From: a virus
Lineage: Duplodnaviria > Caudoviricetes
Virus record (IMG/VR): IMGVR_UViG_3300029318_000078
Span: 1 to 27,752 of that record
Length of the DNA stretch: 27,752 bases
Reading direction: 5' to 3' (one strand)
Position 1 is the stretch's first letter. Each line of letters begins with the position of its first letter. The notes under the pieces were generated by a model that worked only from the letters and a program-made list of their open reading frames with translations, had not been told where the DNA came from and made no database searches. Shown here in pieces: positions 26,668-27,752 of the stretch. A program made the position numbers and the translations under genes.

Positions 26668-27752
26668 ATGGGACTCACACGAATCACATCTGACGGCATA
26701 ACCGATGCGACAATAGCAACCGCAGACTTAGCAGATCAGTCGGTAACACTTGCTAAGTTACCTCATGGCACATCATCTAATGATGGTAAGTTTTTAAGAG
26801 CTAATAATGGTGCTGATCCTACGTTTGAAACTGTTAACACAGATCTAAGTGCTGATAGTTCACCGCAGCTAGGCGGTGACTTAGATTTAAATGGAAATAA
26901 AATTAGTGTAGGTGACGGAGGTAGAGATGCTAACCAAGAACATATACGTTTTGGAAATGATGGAGATCTTCGCATTTATCACGATGGATCAAATTCTTAT
27001 ATTGAAGATTCTGGGGCTGGTAATCTTAGGATTAATTCTGAGAGTGCGGTTCACATAAGAAAACATAACGATGAAAGCATAGCAACATTTACTGCAAACG
27101 GAGCAGTAGAGCTATACCACGATAACAGTTTAAAATTTGAAACAACTTCATCAGGAACAAGAACTACTGGTGCTATGCACATTAATGATGGAAGTGCGTC
27201 TGGTAATAGGATTTCAGTTGGAAATGGTGGAGACTTAAAAATATTTCATACAAACCCAACCACGTTTATACAAGATAGTAGTACAGCATTAGTCATTAAT
27301 GCAGCAAGACTTGATATTAATAATGCTGCCGATAATGAACAGATGGCACGTTTTAATCAAAACGGAGCAGTAGAGCTATATTATGACAACGTTAAAAAGC
27401 TTCAGACATCCCCAAGTGGTTTTCAAATGTATGGTCATTTATTCTCTGATGACAATAACAAAATTCGACTTGGTAATAGTCAAGACCTAGAAATTTATCA
27501 CGATGGGTCAAATAGCATAATTAATGATAATGGTACTGGTCAGCTTCAACTTCAAGTTGGAGGCAGTACAAAATTTAATACGCAAAGTGGTGGAGTGCAA
27601 TTTTATGGAAGTTTATATGCAGACGACAGTAACAAAATAGAGCTAGGAAATGACCAAGACCTACAAATTTATCACGATGGAAGCCATAGTTATATTAAAG
27701 ATGCTGGTACAGGAAGATTAAAAGTTTTAACCAGTTATTTTAATGTTTCAAA
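26668..27752 (+). CDS. Long repeat-rich fibre protein, 3'-truncated (>361 aa), missing from the ORF track
   Basis: Open frame from ATG 26668 to the window end: MGLTRITSDGI...SPQLGGDLDLNG...DLRIYHDGSNSYI...NGAVELY...DLEIYHDGS...DLQIYHDGS. Confidence 0.88.
   Translation, partial: MGLTRITSDGITDATIATADLADQSVTLAKLPHGTSSNDGKFLRANNGADPTFETVNTDLSADSSPQLGGDLDLNGNKISVGDGGRDANQEHIRFGNDGDLRIYHDGSNSYIEDSGAGNLRINSESAVHIRKHNDESIATFTANGAVELYHDNSLKFETTSSGTRTTGAMHINDGSASGNRISVGNGGDLKIFHTNPTTFIQDSSTALVINAARLDINNAADNEQMARFNQNGAVELYYDNVKKLQTSPSGFQMYGHLFSDDNNKIRLGNSQDLEIYHDGSNSIINDNGTGQLQLQVGGSTKFNTQSGGVQFYGSLYADDSNKIELGNDQDLQIYHDGSHSYIKDAGTGRLKVLTSYFNVS
26974..27680 (+). repeat. ATTTATCACGATGG x3 (26974, 27493, 27667); copies 2 and 3 extend to a 26-nt near-identical repeat 174 nt apart
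   Basis: CAAGACCTAGAAATTTATCACGATGG (27481) versus CAAGACCTACAAATTTATCACGATGG (27655), marking a 58-aa tandem unit. Confidence 0.9.

Larger units (their letters stand above)
22817..27380 (+). repeat. Dispersed 17-nt repeat GGAGCAGTAGA(A/G)CTATA, 4 copies (22817, 23141, 27100, 27364), in two fibre genes
   Basis: Read directly from the sequence; encodes GAVELY in all copies. Confidence 0.9.
1..27752 (+). mobile_element. Lambda-like tailed phage (siphovirus-type) packaging/head/tail/fibre module; free phage or prophage cannot be distinguished
   Basis: Co-oriented, tightly packed genes in canonical lambda order (terS-terL-W-portal-protease/capsid-FII-U-tube-G/GT-TMP-M-L-K-I-J-fibres). No host genes, integrase or att site in the window. 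Confidence 0.95.

Noticed and set aside
234-26975. All minus-strand ORFs in the track (e.g. 234-620, 6064-6699, 9014-9298, 18844-19140, 26763-26975)
   Set aside because: They lie antisense to supported + strand genes and have no recognisable motifs; they are typical shadow ORFs.
22817-27680. Fibre repeats as a CRISPR array, DGR template/variable repeat, or invertible shufflon
   Set aside because: Spacing is irregular, copies are in coding frame and in direct orientation, there is no long pair with adenine-specific mismatches, and no cas, reverse transcriptase or invertase gene is in the window.
1-27752. tRNA/rRNA/ncRNA, introns, inteins, homing endonucleases, lysis or auxiliary metabolic genes
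   Set aside because: No intergenic space for RNA genes apart from 1-174, TerL and portal are of normal length, and no such motifs were recognised.

Overview
This window is the virion-morphogenesis arm of an AT-rich, lambda-like tailed phage (siphovirus-type), and all supported genes lie on the + strand. The order is: small terminase, GpA-type large terminase, gpW-like adaptor, lambda-type portal, a 916-aa polyprotein (accessory domains + HK97-type protease + scaffold + major capsid), a cement protein, head-tail joining/tail terminator, tail tube, G/GT chaperones with a GGGAAAC -1 frameshift, tape measure, and M-L-K-I-J tail tip. It ends in about 9 kb of fibre genes, truncated at the window edge. 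Fibre repeat motifs, low GC and scarce Shine-Dalgarno sequences suggest a marine picocyanobacterial (Prochlorococcus-like) host; this is inference. The most notable candidates are: (1) a segmented 'plug-and-socket' fibre that ends in an adaptor domain and is followed by an array of alternative tip + chaperone gene sets; (2) a capsid polyprotein with three cargo domains and an internal sigma70-like promoter; (3) a gpL lacking its Fe-S cluster cysteines; (4) DNA-level conserved 17-mers in the fibre repeats; (5) mini-ORFs bridging intergenic gaps. Family calls come from motif recognition and synteny, not from database searches.
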